Program-made: the position numbers and the translations under genes | The notes under the pieces: model-generated | The model's input: only the letters and a program-made list of their open reading frames with translations | Database searches by the model: none | Told to the model about the DNA's origin: nothing | DNA from: Chloroflexota bacterium | GTDB taxonomy: Bacteria > Chloroflexota > Dehalococcoidia > UBA2979 | Length of the DNA stretch: 64,000 nucleotides | Direction: 5' to 3' | NCBI GenBank assembly: GCA_027593235.1 | Contig: JAQCIU010000003.1 | Coordinates: forward strand, 1 to 64,000 | Part shown: positions 47,899-57,386 of the stretch, in pieces | How the letters are laid out: the number at the start of each line of letters is the position of its first letter | How positions within the stretch are numbered: the stretch's first letter is position 1

Positions 47899-48957
47899 CT
47901 AGACCGTGACGCCCTCGCGCGGGCGTACGTCCGCCAGATCGGCCATCAGGTGGAGCACCTCGGGATCGCGGGTGACCACGGTCAGCCCGGTCACGCCGGA
48001 GTCCGCCCAGGCGGTGTAGCGCTCGCGGATGCGTGCGACCGGGCCGATCAGCGCACCTTCATCGAGGAACTCGTCGGGAACCTCCTCGAGCGCCTCGGCC
48101 TTGCGCCCGGCGAGGTACAGCTCCTGGATGCGCTCGGCGGCTTCGCCGTAGCCGCGCTGGATCATCTGGTTCTTGTGGAAGTTCATCGAGGAATGGCCCA
48201 TGCCGCCGACGTAGAGGGCGACGTTGGGCTTGAGGGCGCGGAGCGCGCCGCGCACGTCGTCCGTGACGTTGACGGAGACGCTGGTCTGCATCTCGAAGCT
48301 ATCCCAGCCGTTCGTCTTGCCGGCCTTGGCGAAGCCTTCCTCGATCGACTTGCGGTACTCGGGTGCGCGGCTGGGGACGAAGCCAAACGGCAGCAGGCCG
48401 TCGCAGAGTTCACCAGCCATGCGCAGGTTGTCCGGGCCGCCACTGCCGAGCCAGATCGGCAGGTTCGGGTTGGTGTGAAGGATCGACTTCAGCGGCTTGC
48501 CGATGCCGAGCGCACCGGGTCCGGTGTACGGCAACGAGATCTCGCGGCCCTCGTGGCTGACGGGTTCATCGCGGGCGAAGATCTTCTTCATGATCGAGAC
48601 GTAGTCGCGGATCCGCCAGTACGGCTTGCCCCACGGCTGGCCGTACCAGCCCTCCACGATCTGGGGGCCGGAGACGCCAAGGCCGAGGATGAAGCGGTTG
48701 CCACCGGCGAGCGCGTCGACCGTCTGCGCAGCCATCGCGGTGGCGGCCGGGGTGCGCGCGGCGAGCTGGATGATGCCGGTCCCGAGGCGAATGTGTTTGG
48801 TGTGGGCGGCGATGAACGCCAGCGGGGTGATCGCGTCGGAGCCATAGGCCTCGGCGGTCCAGACGGAGTCGTAGCCGAGCGCCTCGGCCTCCTTGATGAA
48901 GTCGATGGGCATGCCCATGTCGGCGCCCGAGTAGCCGATGCTGATTCCGAGTTTCAC
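47899..48957 (-). CDS. LLM-class F420-dependent oxidoreductase
   Basis: GYDSVWTAEAYGSDA, RTPA.TAM, LGLGVSGPQIVEGWYG, LYVGGMG. Confidence 0.9.
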   Translation of the reverse strand: MKLGISIGYSGADMGMPIDFIKEAEALGYDSVWTAEAYGSDAITPLAFIAAHTKHIRLGTGIIQLAARTPAATAMAAQTVDALAGGNRFILGLGVSGPQIVEGWYGQPWGKPYWRIRDYVSIMKKIFARDEPVSHEGREISLPYTGPGALGIGKPLKSILHTNPNLPIWLGSGGPDNLRMAGELCDGLLPFGFVPSRAPEYRKSIEEGFAKAGKTNGWDSFEMQTSVSVNVTDDVRGALRALKPNVALYVGGMGHSSMNFHKNQMIQRGYGEAAERIQELYLAGRKAEALEEVPDEFLDEGALIGPVARIRERYTAWADSGVTGLTVVTRDPEVLHLMADLADVRPREGVTV

Positions 48958-49119
48958 GAGGGACCCCCTACCACTAGCGCGGAGAGGATACTATCCGGAA
49001 TTCAAACTGAGTTCGATTCAGTTGGCGGTCGGATCACCGATTCACTCGGCGGCGGCTGGGTCCTGGATGACCCGCTGCGCGGTGGGGCGCATAATCCGGC
49101 TGTTCCGATGGGGATGCAG

Positions 49120-50367
49120 ATGGCGATGGCGCTCGAAGGCGTGCGGGTACTCGATGTGACCGGGCCGATTGGGCACTACGCCAGTCGCATGCTGGCGGAC
49201 CTGGGCGCCGACGTGATCAAGATCGAACCACCCGAGGGCGATCCGGCGCGGCGCTGGGCGCCGCTACTGCCCGGCATTCCCGAGCCGGAGTCGGGATCGC
49301 AGTTCCTGCTGCTGAACGCCAACAAGCGCGGGATCACGCTGGACCTGACGCAGCCGCACGGGCGCGACCTGTACCTGGAGCTGGTGAAGACCGCAGACAT
49401 CGTGATCGACTCGTTCCAGACCGCCGAGGCGGCCGAGTTGCGGCTCACCACCGAGGATTTGATCGCGGTGAAGCCGGACGTCATCCACACCTCGATCACC
49501 GGTTGGGGGCTGAGCGGCCCGCGCGCGAACTGGGCGTACGCGGACATCGTCGGCTGCGCGATGTCCGGGACGATGCAGCTTGCCGGGGTGCAGGAAGGGC
49601 CGCCCGAGCAGCTCCCGGACATGCAGGGGTACCACTCCGCCTCGATCCAGGCGGCGGCGGGGGCGATGGGTGCGCTGGTCTATCACCAGGCGACGGGCGA
49701 GGGGCAGCGGGTGGAGGTCTCCATGCAGGAGGCGATGTCGATGTCGCAGGAGACGGCGATGATGCAGGCCGACATCCTGGGGACGAACCGCGAACGCGGC
49801 GTCCCGATGCGCGGCCTCGATATTCCCGGGCTCGGCCTCCACGAGACCGCCGACGGGCACGTCTACATGATGGCGTCCGGCCTGGCCGGGGCGGGTTTTC
49901 AGGGCCTGGTGGAGCTAATGGAGCTGACCGGCGACGCGCAAGACCTGATCGAAGAGCCCTACGTCTCGTTCATCGACGAGAAAATGAATACCAACTTCAT
50001 CATGGCCGCGCTCAGCGACGAGTCGCAGCGCGCAGCGGTGCAAGACACGCTGGTTCACATGGACCAGGTGGTGCGGGAGTTCACGAAGAAGCACCCGAAG
50101 CTCTACCTCTACGAAGAGGGCCAGGCGCGCCGGGTGTTGGTCGGGATGGTGAGCACACCGCAGGACATCCTGGACAGCCCGCAACTGGCGGGACGGAACT
50201 GGTTCGTTGACCTGCAGGACTCGGGGCGCGGCGTGACGCTGCACTACCCGGGGCCGCAGTGGGACCTGCACGGGACGCCGGCGACGCTACGCCGCCCGGC
50301 ACCGTTGCTGGGCGAGCACAACGACGAGGTGTTCGCGGAGATCCGCGCCCAAGGAGTGACGGCATGA
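49120..50367 (+). CDS. Family III CoA-transferase, BbsE-like subunit (apparently lacking the catalytic Asp)
   Basis: LEGVRVLD, LADLGADVIKIEPPEGDP, NANKRGITLD, APLLGEHN; the 1049-aa ORF-track extension is an antisense shadow. Confidence 0.88.
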   Translation: MAMALEGVRVLDVTGPIGHYASRMLADLGADVIKIEPPEGDPARRWAPLLPGIPEPESGSQFLLLNANKRGITLDLTQPHGRDLYLELVKTADIVIDSFQTAEAAELRLTTEDLIAVKPDVIHTSITGWGLSGPRANWAYADIVGCAMSGTMQLAGVQEGPPEQLPDMQGYHSASIQAAAGAMGALVYHQATGEGQRVEVSMQEAMSMSQETAMMQADILGTNRERGVPMRGLDIPGLGLHETADGHVYMMASGLAGAGFQGLVELMELTGDAQDLIEEPYVSFIDEKMNTNFIMAALSDESQRAAVQDTLVHMDQVVREFTKKHPKLYLYEEGQARRVLVGMVSTPQDILDSPQLAGRNWFVDLQDSGRGVTLHYPGPQWDLHGTPATLRRPAPLLGEHNDEVFAEIRAQGVTA

Positions 50368-51641
50368 CGACGAACGGCCACAGCAGCGCGAGCGGCGCGA
50401 CGCCACGGATCCTGGAGGGGGTGAAGTTCCTCGATCTGACGTGGTTCGGCGCCGGGCCGATCGCGACGCGGACGATCGCGGGGATGGGCGCGGAGGTGAT
50501 CCGCGTTGAGACGGAGAAGCGACCGGACGGGCTGCGTGTCGCTCAGCCACGGCCCGTGGACGCGGCCGGATACAACGTGTCCGGCTACTACAACAACTTC
50601 AACACGGACAAGAAGAGCGCGACGATCGACCTCACGACCGAGCGCGGCCACGAGCTGGGCATGGAGCTGGTGAAGTGGGCCGACATCATGATGACCAACT
50701 TCACCCCGCGCGCGATCCGTCAGATCGGGATGGACTGGGAGACGGTGAAGGCCGCCAACCCGGGCATCATCGCGATGTACCAGCCGATGCAGGGGATGAC
50801 TGGACCGCACACGGAGTACGTGGGCTTCGGTTCGATCCTGGGGACCGTTTGCGGGATCAACGGGCTGGCCGGTTCCGAGGGCAATCCACCGGTCGGCGTC
50901 GGTACGAACTACACGGACTACGTGGTCAACCCGATCCACGCGGTCACCGCACTGCTCGCCGCGCTCTATCACAAGCGCCGGACCGGCGAGGGGCAGATGA
51001 TCGACATGTCGCAGCTCGAGTCATCGGTCGCGGCGTTGGCGGGACCGCTGTTCGTGCAGTCGAACGGCGGCGACAACTACCTGCGCGAGGGCAATCACGT
51101 GAAGTACGCGGCGCCGCACGGCGCGTACCAGGTGCGCGACGGCGTGACTGCAAACGGCGAGCCGCGCCCCGATCGCTGGCTGGCGATCGGCTGCATCGAG
51201 GAGTCGCAGTGGCAGCGCCTTGCGGCCGCAGCCGGTCATCCGGAGTGGGCCGCTGACGCGCGCTTCGCGACGCTATCCGCGCGGAAGGCGAACGAGGCAG
51301 CCCTCGATGGGTTGATCGCCGACTGGGCACGGGAGCAGGACGGCGACGCGGCGCAGGCCGCGCTGCAGGCGGCCGGGGTGCCGGCCGGGTTGGTGCTCAA
51401 CGCGACCGAGGTGCTTGCCGACGAGCAGATGGTGGCGCGGGAGTACTTCCGCTACATCCAGCACCCGGAGGCCGGCCTGCGTGCGCAGGACGGTTCTGGC
51501 TTCAAGTTGTCGAAGACGCCGTGCGAGCCGACGGTGCATGCACCGCTGCTGGGCGAGCACACGTACGAGGTGGCGACGGAGGTCCTGGGACTGACGCCGG
51601 AAGAGATCGGCAACCTCGTCGCGGAGGCGGTGCTCTTCTAG
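50364..51641 (+). CDS. Family III CoA-transferase, BbsF-like subunit
   Basis: LDLTWFGAGP, GAEVIRVE, NTDKKS, NFTP, NYTDY, APLLGEHT; ATGA overlap. Confidence 0.9.
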   Translation: MTTNGHSSASGATPRILEGVKFLDLTWFGAGPIATRTIAGMGAEVIRVETEKRPDGLRVAQPRPVDAAGYNVSGYYNNFNTDKKSATIDLTTERGHELGMELVKWADIMMTNFTPRAIRQIGMDWETVKAANPGIIAMYQPMQGMTGPHTEYVGFGSILGTVCGINGLAGSEGNPPVGVGTNYTDYVVNPIHAVTALLAALYHKRRTGEGQMIDMSQLESSVAALAGPLFVQSNGGDNYLREGNHVKYAAPHGAYQVRDGVTANGEPRPDRWLAIGCIEESQWQRLAAAAGHPEWAADARFATLSARKANEAALDGLIADWAREQDGDAAQAALQAAGVPAGLVLNATEVLADEQMVAREYFRYIQHPEAGLRAQDGSGFKLSKTPCEPTVHAPLLGEHTYEVATEVLGLTPEEIGNLVAEAVLF

Positions 51642-51693
51642 CGTGCCCGTCGACCTCGCTGCCGGCGCGCCCCCGCGCCCTTGCGTCCGAGGG

Positions 51694-52764
51694 CTAGACG
51701 AAGTCGAAGTCGCCGAGCGTGACGTGGAACCGGCTTGCTGGATCGCGGAGGATTGCAGCGGGTTCGGGCGGTCCACCGTCCGGCGGACTCGCCAGATCGT
51801 AGACAGCGCTCCCGGCCTCGATGAAGCCCGCGCGGCGGAGTGCCTGTTCGTACGGATGACCCGGTGGGAGCCAGCTGACGGTCGTCGTACAGCCCTGTTC
51901 GCCGATCCGCCTGACGCCTTCGGCGAGTAGCCGCTCCGCGAGATCCGGGTGATCCGGGTGGGCGAGCAGGTCGGGGATCGTCGCCGCGTCGCCGTCCGCC
52001 TTCAGCACGAGGTAGCCGAGGCAACGATCGCCCTCGAGGCTGGCGAGCACGACGGTCCGGCCGCCGCGTGGGTCGCGGTAGCGCCAGTTGAGGTACTCGG
52101 CGGTGCGGACCGTGGCAACCTCGAAGTCAGCGCGCGCGGCGTGCCAGAGCTGGTCCGTGCGATCGTCGAAGCGGTCGAGGAGCGTGATGGTCATCGCCTC
52201 GGTCGGTCGGGATCTGGCGCGGCGGCGAGAGGCGGCGGCACGCCATAGCGTGCGCGCGAGCTGCCCGATGCCACCGGCGGCGAGCTGCGCCCTGGCGAAA
52301 CCACGTGCGCGGTGATGGCGCCGCCAGATCGTCAACGGGCGCAGCGTCTCGGGGGCGTCGTTGATGTGCAGGACCTGCGGGCTGTTGCTGGGCGTGCCGA
52401 ATCCGAGGTGGCCGTTCTCGGCGAACTGCGCGTCGCGGTAGGCGGCGAGGAGCCTGGAGATGCCGCGCCCCTGGAAGTCGGGATGGACGCTGAGATCGGC
52501 GCCGTTCTCCGTCGTGTATTCCCGGTCGCCGACACGGACACGCCCGAACCAGCGGAGCCGCGATCCGATCACTTGCCCGTCGAGTTCGACGACGGTGTGT
52601 TTCGCGCAGTCCGCGACGCCGCCCAGCCCGAGCTTCCAGGTCAGGTGATCGAGTGGCGGCACGTCGATCGCGAAGGCGGGCCAATGCGGGAACGATGCCT
52701 CAATCACCGAGAGCATCGATGGCAGGTCGGCGACGGTGGCGTTTCGGATCGTCGGTTCGGCCAT
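51694..52764 (-). CDS. Two-domain GNAT family acetyltransferase
   Basis: DLSVHPDFQGRGIS, FGTP, RTAEYLNWRY, GDFD. Confidence 0.82.
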   Translation of the reverse strand: MAEPTIRNATVADLPSMLSVIEASFPHWPAFAIDVPPLDHLTWKLGLGGVADCAKHTVVELDGQVIGSRLRWFGRVRVGDREYTTENGADLSVHPDFQGRGISRLLAAYRDAQFAENGHLGFGTPSNSPQVLHINDAPETLRPLTIWRRHHRARGFARAQLAAGGIGQLARTLWRAAASRRRARSRPTEAMTITLLDRFDDRTDQLWHAARADFEVATVRTAEYLNWRYRDPRGGRTVVLASLEGDRCLGYLVLKADGDAATIPDLLAHPDHPDLAERLLAEGVRRIGEQGCTTTVSWLPPGHPYEQALRRAGFIEAGSAVYDLASPPDGGPPEPAAILRDPASRFHVTLGDFDFV

Positions 52765-52967
52765 GGGCTCACGTCTCAGCGTTGTTTAGCGTCGTTCGGA
52801 GTTGCCTGACGTGCCTCGGCGCGTGCGGCGAAGCGTAACGGGGTTTTACGCCTCGGCAGGTGGACTTTTACTCAGCGGTGAGGTTCTGGCGAAACTCCGT
52901 GGCCGGTATGATCAGAGGACTCACTCTTCCGTCGTTCCCACCGACGGGTAGCCTGAACGGGCCATCC

Positions 52968-54359
52968 ATGACTCTCGAGACGCTCACCAGATCCGGCGAG
53001 GCCGGGGATTCACGCACGGCAGACGGTGCGCTTGCGGCCTCGCAGATCGCGGGGCTCCGCGAGGCGTTCGACGCGGATCCTCGGAACCGCGTGGCGCAGA
53101 ACGCGGTCACGCGGACGGCGATCGACGACATCGCGGTGAACCGCGAGATCGTGACGAGCACGGATCACACGTTCTCGCACCTCCTGGATCGCTGGACGGT
53201 CACCGATCAGAAACAATCGGGTCGCTGCTGGCTGTTCGCCGGTATGAACCTCTTTCGCGTTGGAGCGATGGAGCAGATGGGGTTGAAGAACTTCGAGTTC
53301 AGCCAGACCTACCTGTTCTTCTGGGACAAGTTCGAACGGGCGAACTATTTCCTGGAGGCGATGATCGAGACGTCCGATCGTCCGGTGGACGATCGCGTGG
53401 TCGCCTGGTTGCTGGGGCACCCGCTGGACGACGGCGGACAGTGGAACATGTTCGCGAGCCTGGTCCAGAAGTACGGCCTGGTGCCGAAGTCGGTGATGCC
53501 AGAGACGATCAGCTCCGAGAAGACGCCGCCGATGAACCGTCACCTGGTGCAGCGCCTGCGCGAGGGCGCGCGGGACATTCGCGAGCAGCGCGAGGGCGGC
53601 GCGGCGATCGATTCGCTGCGCGCGACCAAGGATGTGGTGCTGGCGGACTTCCATCGGATCCTGTCGATCCACCTCGGGACGCCGCCGGAGAAGTTCGACT
53701 GGCAGTGGAACGACCGCGACGAGCACTTCCACCGTGACGGGGAGATGACGCCACAGGCGTTCGCCGAGAAGTACGTGAACGTCCCGTTCGACGACTACGT
53801 CTGCCTGGTCAACGACCCCCGGCCGGGTAGCCCGTACGGGCGCACGTTCACGGTGGAGTACCTGGGCAACGTCGTTGGCGGCGAACCGGTGCGCTACCTC
53901 AACGTCGAGATCGACGTGATGAAGGAGCTGACGATGCGCTCCATTGTCGAACGCGGCGAGCCGGTATGGATGGGCTGTGACGTCGGGAAGATGATGCAGC
54001 GCGACCTCGGTATCTGGGACGCGAAGATGTTCGACTACGGGTCGATCTACGGGCGCGACTTCGACATGACCAAGGCGGAGCGGCTCCGCTATCACCAGAC
54101 GTACATGACGCACGCGATGCTGTTTACGGGTGTCGACGTGGTCGAGCACCACCCGCGGCGGTGGCGTGTGGAGAACTCGTGGGGCGACACGACCGGTCGC
54201 AAGGGTTTCTACGTGATGAACGATTCGTGGTTCGACGAGTACATGTTCGAGGTGGCGGTGCGGCGCGAGGACCTGCCGGCTGAGTTGCAGGCGGCGTTGG
54301 CGCAGGAGCCGATCGTGCTGCCGCCTTGGGACCCGATGGGTGCGCTGGCTTCGAGGTAG
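52968..54359 (+). CDS. pepC: Aminopeptidase C / bleomycin hydrolase (C1B)
   Basis: QKQSGRCWLFA, DGGQW, KYGLVPK, VWMGCDV, THAM, WRVENSWG, PWDPMGALA. Confidence 0.95.
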   Translation: MTLETLTRSGEAGDSRTADGALAASQIAGLREAFDADPRNRVAQNAVTRTAIDDIAVNREIVTSTDHTFSHLLDRWTVTDQKQSGRCWLFAGMNLFRVGAMEQMGLKNFEFSQTYLFFWDKFERANYFLEAMIETSDRPVDDRVVAWLLGHPLDDGGQWNMFASLVQKYGLVPKSVMPETISSEKTPPMNRHLVQRLREGARDIREQREGGAAIDSLRATKDVVLADFHRILSIHLGTPPEKFDWQWNDRDEHFHRDGEMTPQAFAEKYVNVPFDDYVCLVNDPRPGSPYGRTFTVEYLGNVVGGEPVRYLNVEIDVMKELTMRSIVERGEPVWMGCDVGKMMQRDLGIWDAKMFDYGSIYGRDFDMTKAERLRYHQTYMTHAMLFTGVDVVEHHPRRWRVENSWGDTTGRKGFYVMNDSWFDEYMFEVAVRREDLPAELQAALAQEPIVLPPWDPMGALASR

Positions 54360-54442
54360 GCGCGTCTCCTCGGAGGTGTGGACGCGGGCTACGCCCGCGG
54401 GGTGATGTTCGGATGATCCCACCCGCCCTCCCAAAGGATCTC

Positions 54443-54492
54443 GGGGGCAAGCCCCCGCAGCCCCCCGGTCGCGACTCGCTTCGCGGTCGCGC
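54443..54492. repeat. REP-like intergenic hairpin cluster
   Basis: GGGGGCAAGCCCCC hairpin followed by GCGACTCGC-TTC-GCGGTCGC imperfect hairpin. Confidence 0.4.
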
Positions 54493-54558
54493 TCGGAACG
54501 GCGGTTGCAGCGGGGCAGGCGTGGACTTCGCGCCGCCGGACCGGAGTTGGTGTGACCG

Positions 54559-55521
54559 ATGCCCCGAGATGAGCGACGGCGCGACCGGGTGGAGCCTTTC
54601 CTTCGTGCGCGGCCGCCCGAGATGACGCTGCGCTGGGCGGCTGGTCAGCTCGGCTCGCGCCAGCGGGTCATTGGCGCGCGCAGGCTGCCGGGCGGGAAGG
54701 CGGTGGCGACGCATCTGCTGGCCGTCGAGTCGCCTCGAGGGGTGCGGAGTCGCGTGGTGTTGCGACGGTACGTGCGGGAGGACTGGATGGCGCGCGAGCC
54801 GGACGCGCCGGCGAAAGAGGCGCTCGCCCTCGGACTTGCCGAGCGGGCGGTGCTGCCGACGCCGCATCTGATCGCGGCCGACCTCACCGCCGAGGTCACC
54901 GATGCCCCCGCGTTGTTGCTGACGCGCCTCGCTGGTCGTCCGGACCTCCAGCCGAGGAACCTCGACTCGTGGCTGCGGCAGCAGGCTGAGGCGTTGCCGC
55001 CGATCCACGCCGTCGAGGGCGACGATCTCTCGCGGCTCGAGCGGTACGTGCCGTGGATTGACCTCGATGGGCTCCAGCCGCCTCGATGGTCTCGAGAGAC
55101 CGAGGCGTGGGGGCGTGTGATCGCGCTGGCGCGTGGACCGCGGCCGCGGGTGCGCTGGCGGTTCATCCACCGCGACTATCACCCGATGAATCTGCTCTGG
55201 TCTCGAGGGCGGCTGACCGGCGTGGTGGACTGGACCAACGCTCGCTACGGGCCGCCCGGGATCGACGTCGCGTGGGCGCGTCAGAACCTCGTGGTCTCGC
55301 ATGGCGTCGAGGTGGCCGAGCGGTTCCGCGCGTTTGCCGAGGCGGCGCTGGGACGCGAGCAGGACCCGGTATGGGACGCCCTCGGTGTGGTCGAGACGCT
55401 GCATGAGCCGGACATCGGCTCGCTCTCGCAGTGGCACGACCAGGGGCTGACGTCGCTGACGAAGGCGACGGTGCGTCGCCGCCTCGACAGCTACGCCGTC
55501 TCGATCGCCGCTCGCAGCTAG
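54559..55521 (+). CDS. Aminoglycoside phosphotransferase (APH/ChoK) family protein
   Basis: VVLRRY, P..IAAD, HRDYHPMNLL, GVVDW, DVAW. Confidence 0.88.
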   Translation: MPRDERRRDRVEPFLRARPPEMTLRWAAGQLGSRQRVIGARRLPGGKAVATHLLAVESPRGVRSRVVLRRYVREDWMAREPDAPAKEALALGLAERAVLPTPHLIAADLTAEVTDAPALLLTRLAGRPDLQPRNLDSWLRQQAEALPPIHAVEGDDLSRLERYVPWIDLDGLQPPRWSRETEAWGRVIALARGPRPRVRWRFIHRDYHPMNLLWSRGRLTGVVDWTNARYGPPGIDVAWARQNLVVSHGVEVAERFRAFAEAALGREQDPVWDALGVVETLHEPDIGSLSQWHDQGLTSLTKATVRRRLDSYAVSIAARS

Positions 55522-55538
55522 CGAGGGGTGCGCCGCGC

Positions 55539-56417
55539 CTAGAGGTCGGCGATCTGGGGGATCACCTTCGTCGCCATCTGCTCGATGACGCGCGGGTCCT
55601 CGACGTTGATGGCGCTGCCGAGGGCGGCCTGGACGCCGACCGCGGCGAAGCGGCCGAGCCGGTCGACGAGCTCGCTGGCGTTCTCGCCGTTGGGGCCGGG
55701 ATCGAAGCGGGTGACGATCGTCTTCTCGATGTCGTCGTAGTCGCGCCCCTCGTTGTCGCAGTGGTTGGCGAGGATGCCGAGGCGGCGCTCCACGTTCTCG
55801 GGGTTGTCGCCGGCGATGTTGCAGAAGTTGGCGTGCTTCGCGACGAGGCGAAGCGTCTTCTTCTCGCCGCTGCCGGCGATCAGGAGCGGGGGGTGCGGCT
55901 GCTGGATCGGCTGCGGTGAGCAGAGGGTCTCAGCGAGCTGGTAGTGCTTGCCCTCGTAGGCCCCGTTGTTGTCGCTCCACATCTGCTTGAGGATCTCGAT
56001 CGTCTCCTCGAGGCGTTCGAAGCGCTCCTTGAGCGGCGGGAAGGGGATGCCGAGGCCGAGGTGCTCGCGCTCGTACCAGGCGGCGCCGACGCCGGCCCAG
56101 GCGCGGCCGCCGGAGAGCACATCGAGGCCGGTGATATGCTTCGCGAGGAAGCCGGGGTGGCGGTAGGTGATGCCGGTGGTGAGCACGCCGAGCTTCACCT
56201 TCGAGGTGCGCGCGGCGAGGTAGCCGAGGATGCCGTACGCCTCGAACATCTCGTGCTCGGCGGGGCCGACGTTGGCGATCTGGAAGTAGTGGTCCATGAC
56301 GGAGACGCGGTCGAATCCGCCCTCGTCAGCGGCGGCGAGGATGTCATCGAGCTTCGCGGCGAACTCGGCGGTGGGGACGCCGTAGGTGAAGTTGGAGAGG
56401 TGCAGTCCGAGCTTCAT
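55539..56417 (-). CDS. LLM-class F420-dependent oxidoreductase
   Basis: VSVMDHYFQI, TGITYRHPG, LDVLSGGRA, GAAWYEREH, LIAGSGEKKTLRLVA. Confidence 0.92.
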   Translation of the reverse strand: MKLGLHLSNFTYGVPTAEFAAKLDDILAAADEGGFDRVSVMDHYFQIANVGPAEHEMFEAYGILGYLAARTSKVKLGVLTTGITYRHPGFLAKHITGLDVLSGGRAWAGVGAAWYEREHLGLGIPFPPLKERFERLEETIEILKQMWSDNNGAYEGKHYQLAETLCSPQPIQQPHPPLLIAGSGEKKTLRLVAKHANFCNIAGDNPENVERRLGILANHCDNEGRDYDDIEKTIVTRFDPGPNGENASELVDRLGRFAAVGVQAALGSAINVEDPRVIEQMATKVIPQIADL

Positions 56418-56516
56418 GGATGCTCCTTGTCGTGACGGGTGCGGGGACAGAGATGTTGCCTCAACGTACCAGCGCCGTTTGGCTGAGCGGTCATGTTCCA
56501 TGCCTGCTGGCAAGAA

Positions 56517-57152
56517 TTAGCAGTTGTCGAACCAGGGCTGGCAGCCGAACGCGAACGTCACCTCGACGTGGAGCATCTGCGCGGGGTCGCCGCGGAGGAC
56601 CGCATCGAAGGTGACGGACCCTTCGATGTGGTCGGACGTCCAGGTCTCGATCTCAAGCGATCCCGATTCCGGCACGGTTTCGTAGCGCCCGTCTCCCTCG
56701 AACACAACCTCTGTGAACATCGTCCCGGCAGCCCCGTTCAGCTTGAGCCGTCCCTCGGCTACCGCGTAGCTTCCGGGCCCCGCTGGGATATCCGCGCGTG
56801 TTGTACCGCTCGTCGCCGCGACGTTCACGCCGTCCCGTCCCGCGAGGTAGGTGCCTTGCGAGGTGATCGTCCCGGAATCAACGCAGGCGATCCGTAGCAG
56901 CGTGACGATCTGCGCGCTTTGGGCCATCTGGGCGTCGAACGACTCCTCGCTCGTGTCGGCCACCGCCTCCAGGTACGCGTCCGAGAACCAGTAGTCGGTG
57001 GTGAAGGTCTCGATCGTCTGTGGGTATGTCCACGCTTCGTCCCGCGCGCCGGTCAGCGTGATGGCACAACCGTCGTCGGTCCGACTCCTTGACTCGCCTT
57101 CGCCACAGGCCGCGATCAGGGCGAGAACGGCCACCGGCCACAGCAATCGCAT
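56517..57152 (-). CDS. Hypothetical lipoprotein
   Basis: MRLLWPVAVLALIAAC lipobox; beta-rich mature region with Cys residues. Confidence 0.7.
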   Translation of the reverse strand: MRLLWPVAVLALIAACGEGESRSRTDDGCAITLTGARDEAWTYPQTIETFTTDYWFSDAYLEAVADTSEESFDAQMAQSAQIVTLLRIACVDSGTITSQGTYLAGRDGVNVAATSGTTRADIPAGPGSYAVAEGRLKLNGAAGTMFTEVVFEGDGRYETVPESGSLEIETWTSDHIEGSVTFDAVLRGDPAQMLHVEVTFAFGCQPWFDNC

Positions 57153-57386
57153 GTACCAGTCGCTCCGATTGGTCGACACAGGCTCACCTTCCCCCACGAG
57201 TCGGGGCGTGCTTCGTGAGTCTAGGGACAGTTTAGGGGCGAAGCTGGGATCAGAGGGAGGCGTCGACCGACCGTCAATAGAGGGTGGCCGGCGGGTTTGT
57301 TGGGTCGCCAAACGCGGTTTGAGATTGACGGCTGTATCGCAAGGGTGATACCGAAGGCAGTCGAAACGATTGAAAGAGGAGGACGC

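Noticed and set aside
47218-49119. N-terminal 630 aa of the 1049-aa ORF
   Set aside because: Antisense to pduO and the LLM gene; only the part from about 49120 has CoA-transferase motifs
44058-55521. Resistance island (chrA, CPT-like, APH-like, GNAT)
   Set aside because: Broad enzyme families interspersed with metabolic genes; no integrase, IS or visible composition shift
57325-57352. TTGACG plus imperfect palindrome GTATCGC-N4-GTGATAC upstream of the thiolase-like gene
   Set aside because: No convincing -10 element; too weak to call
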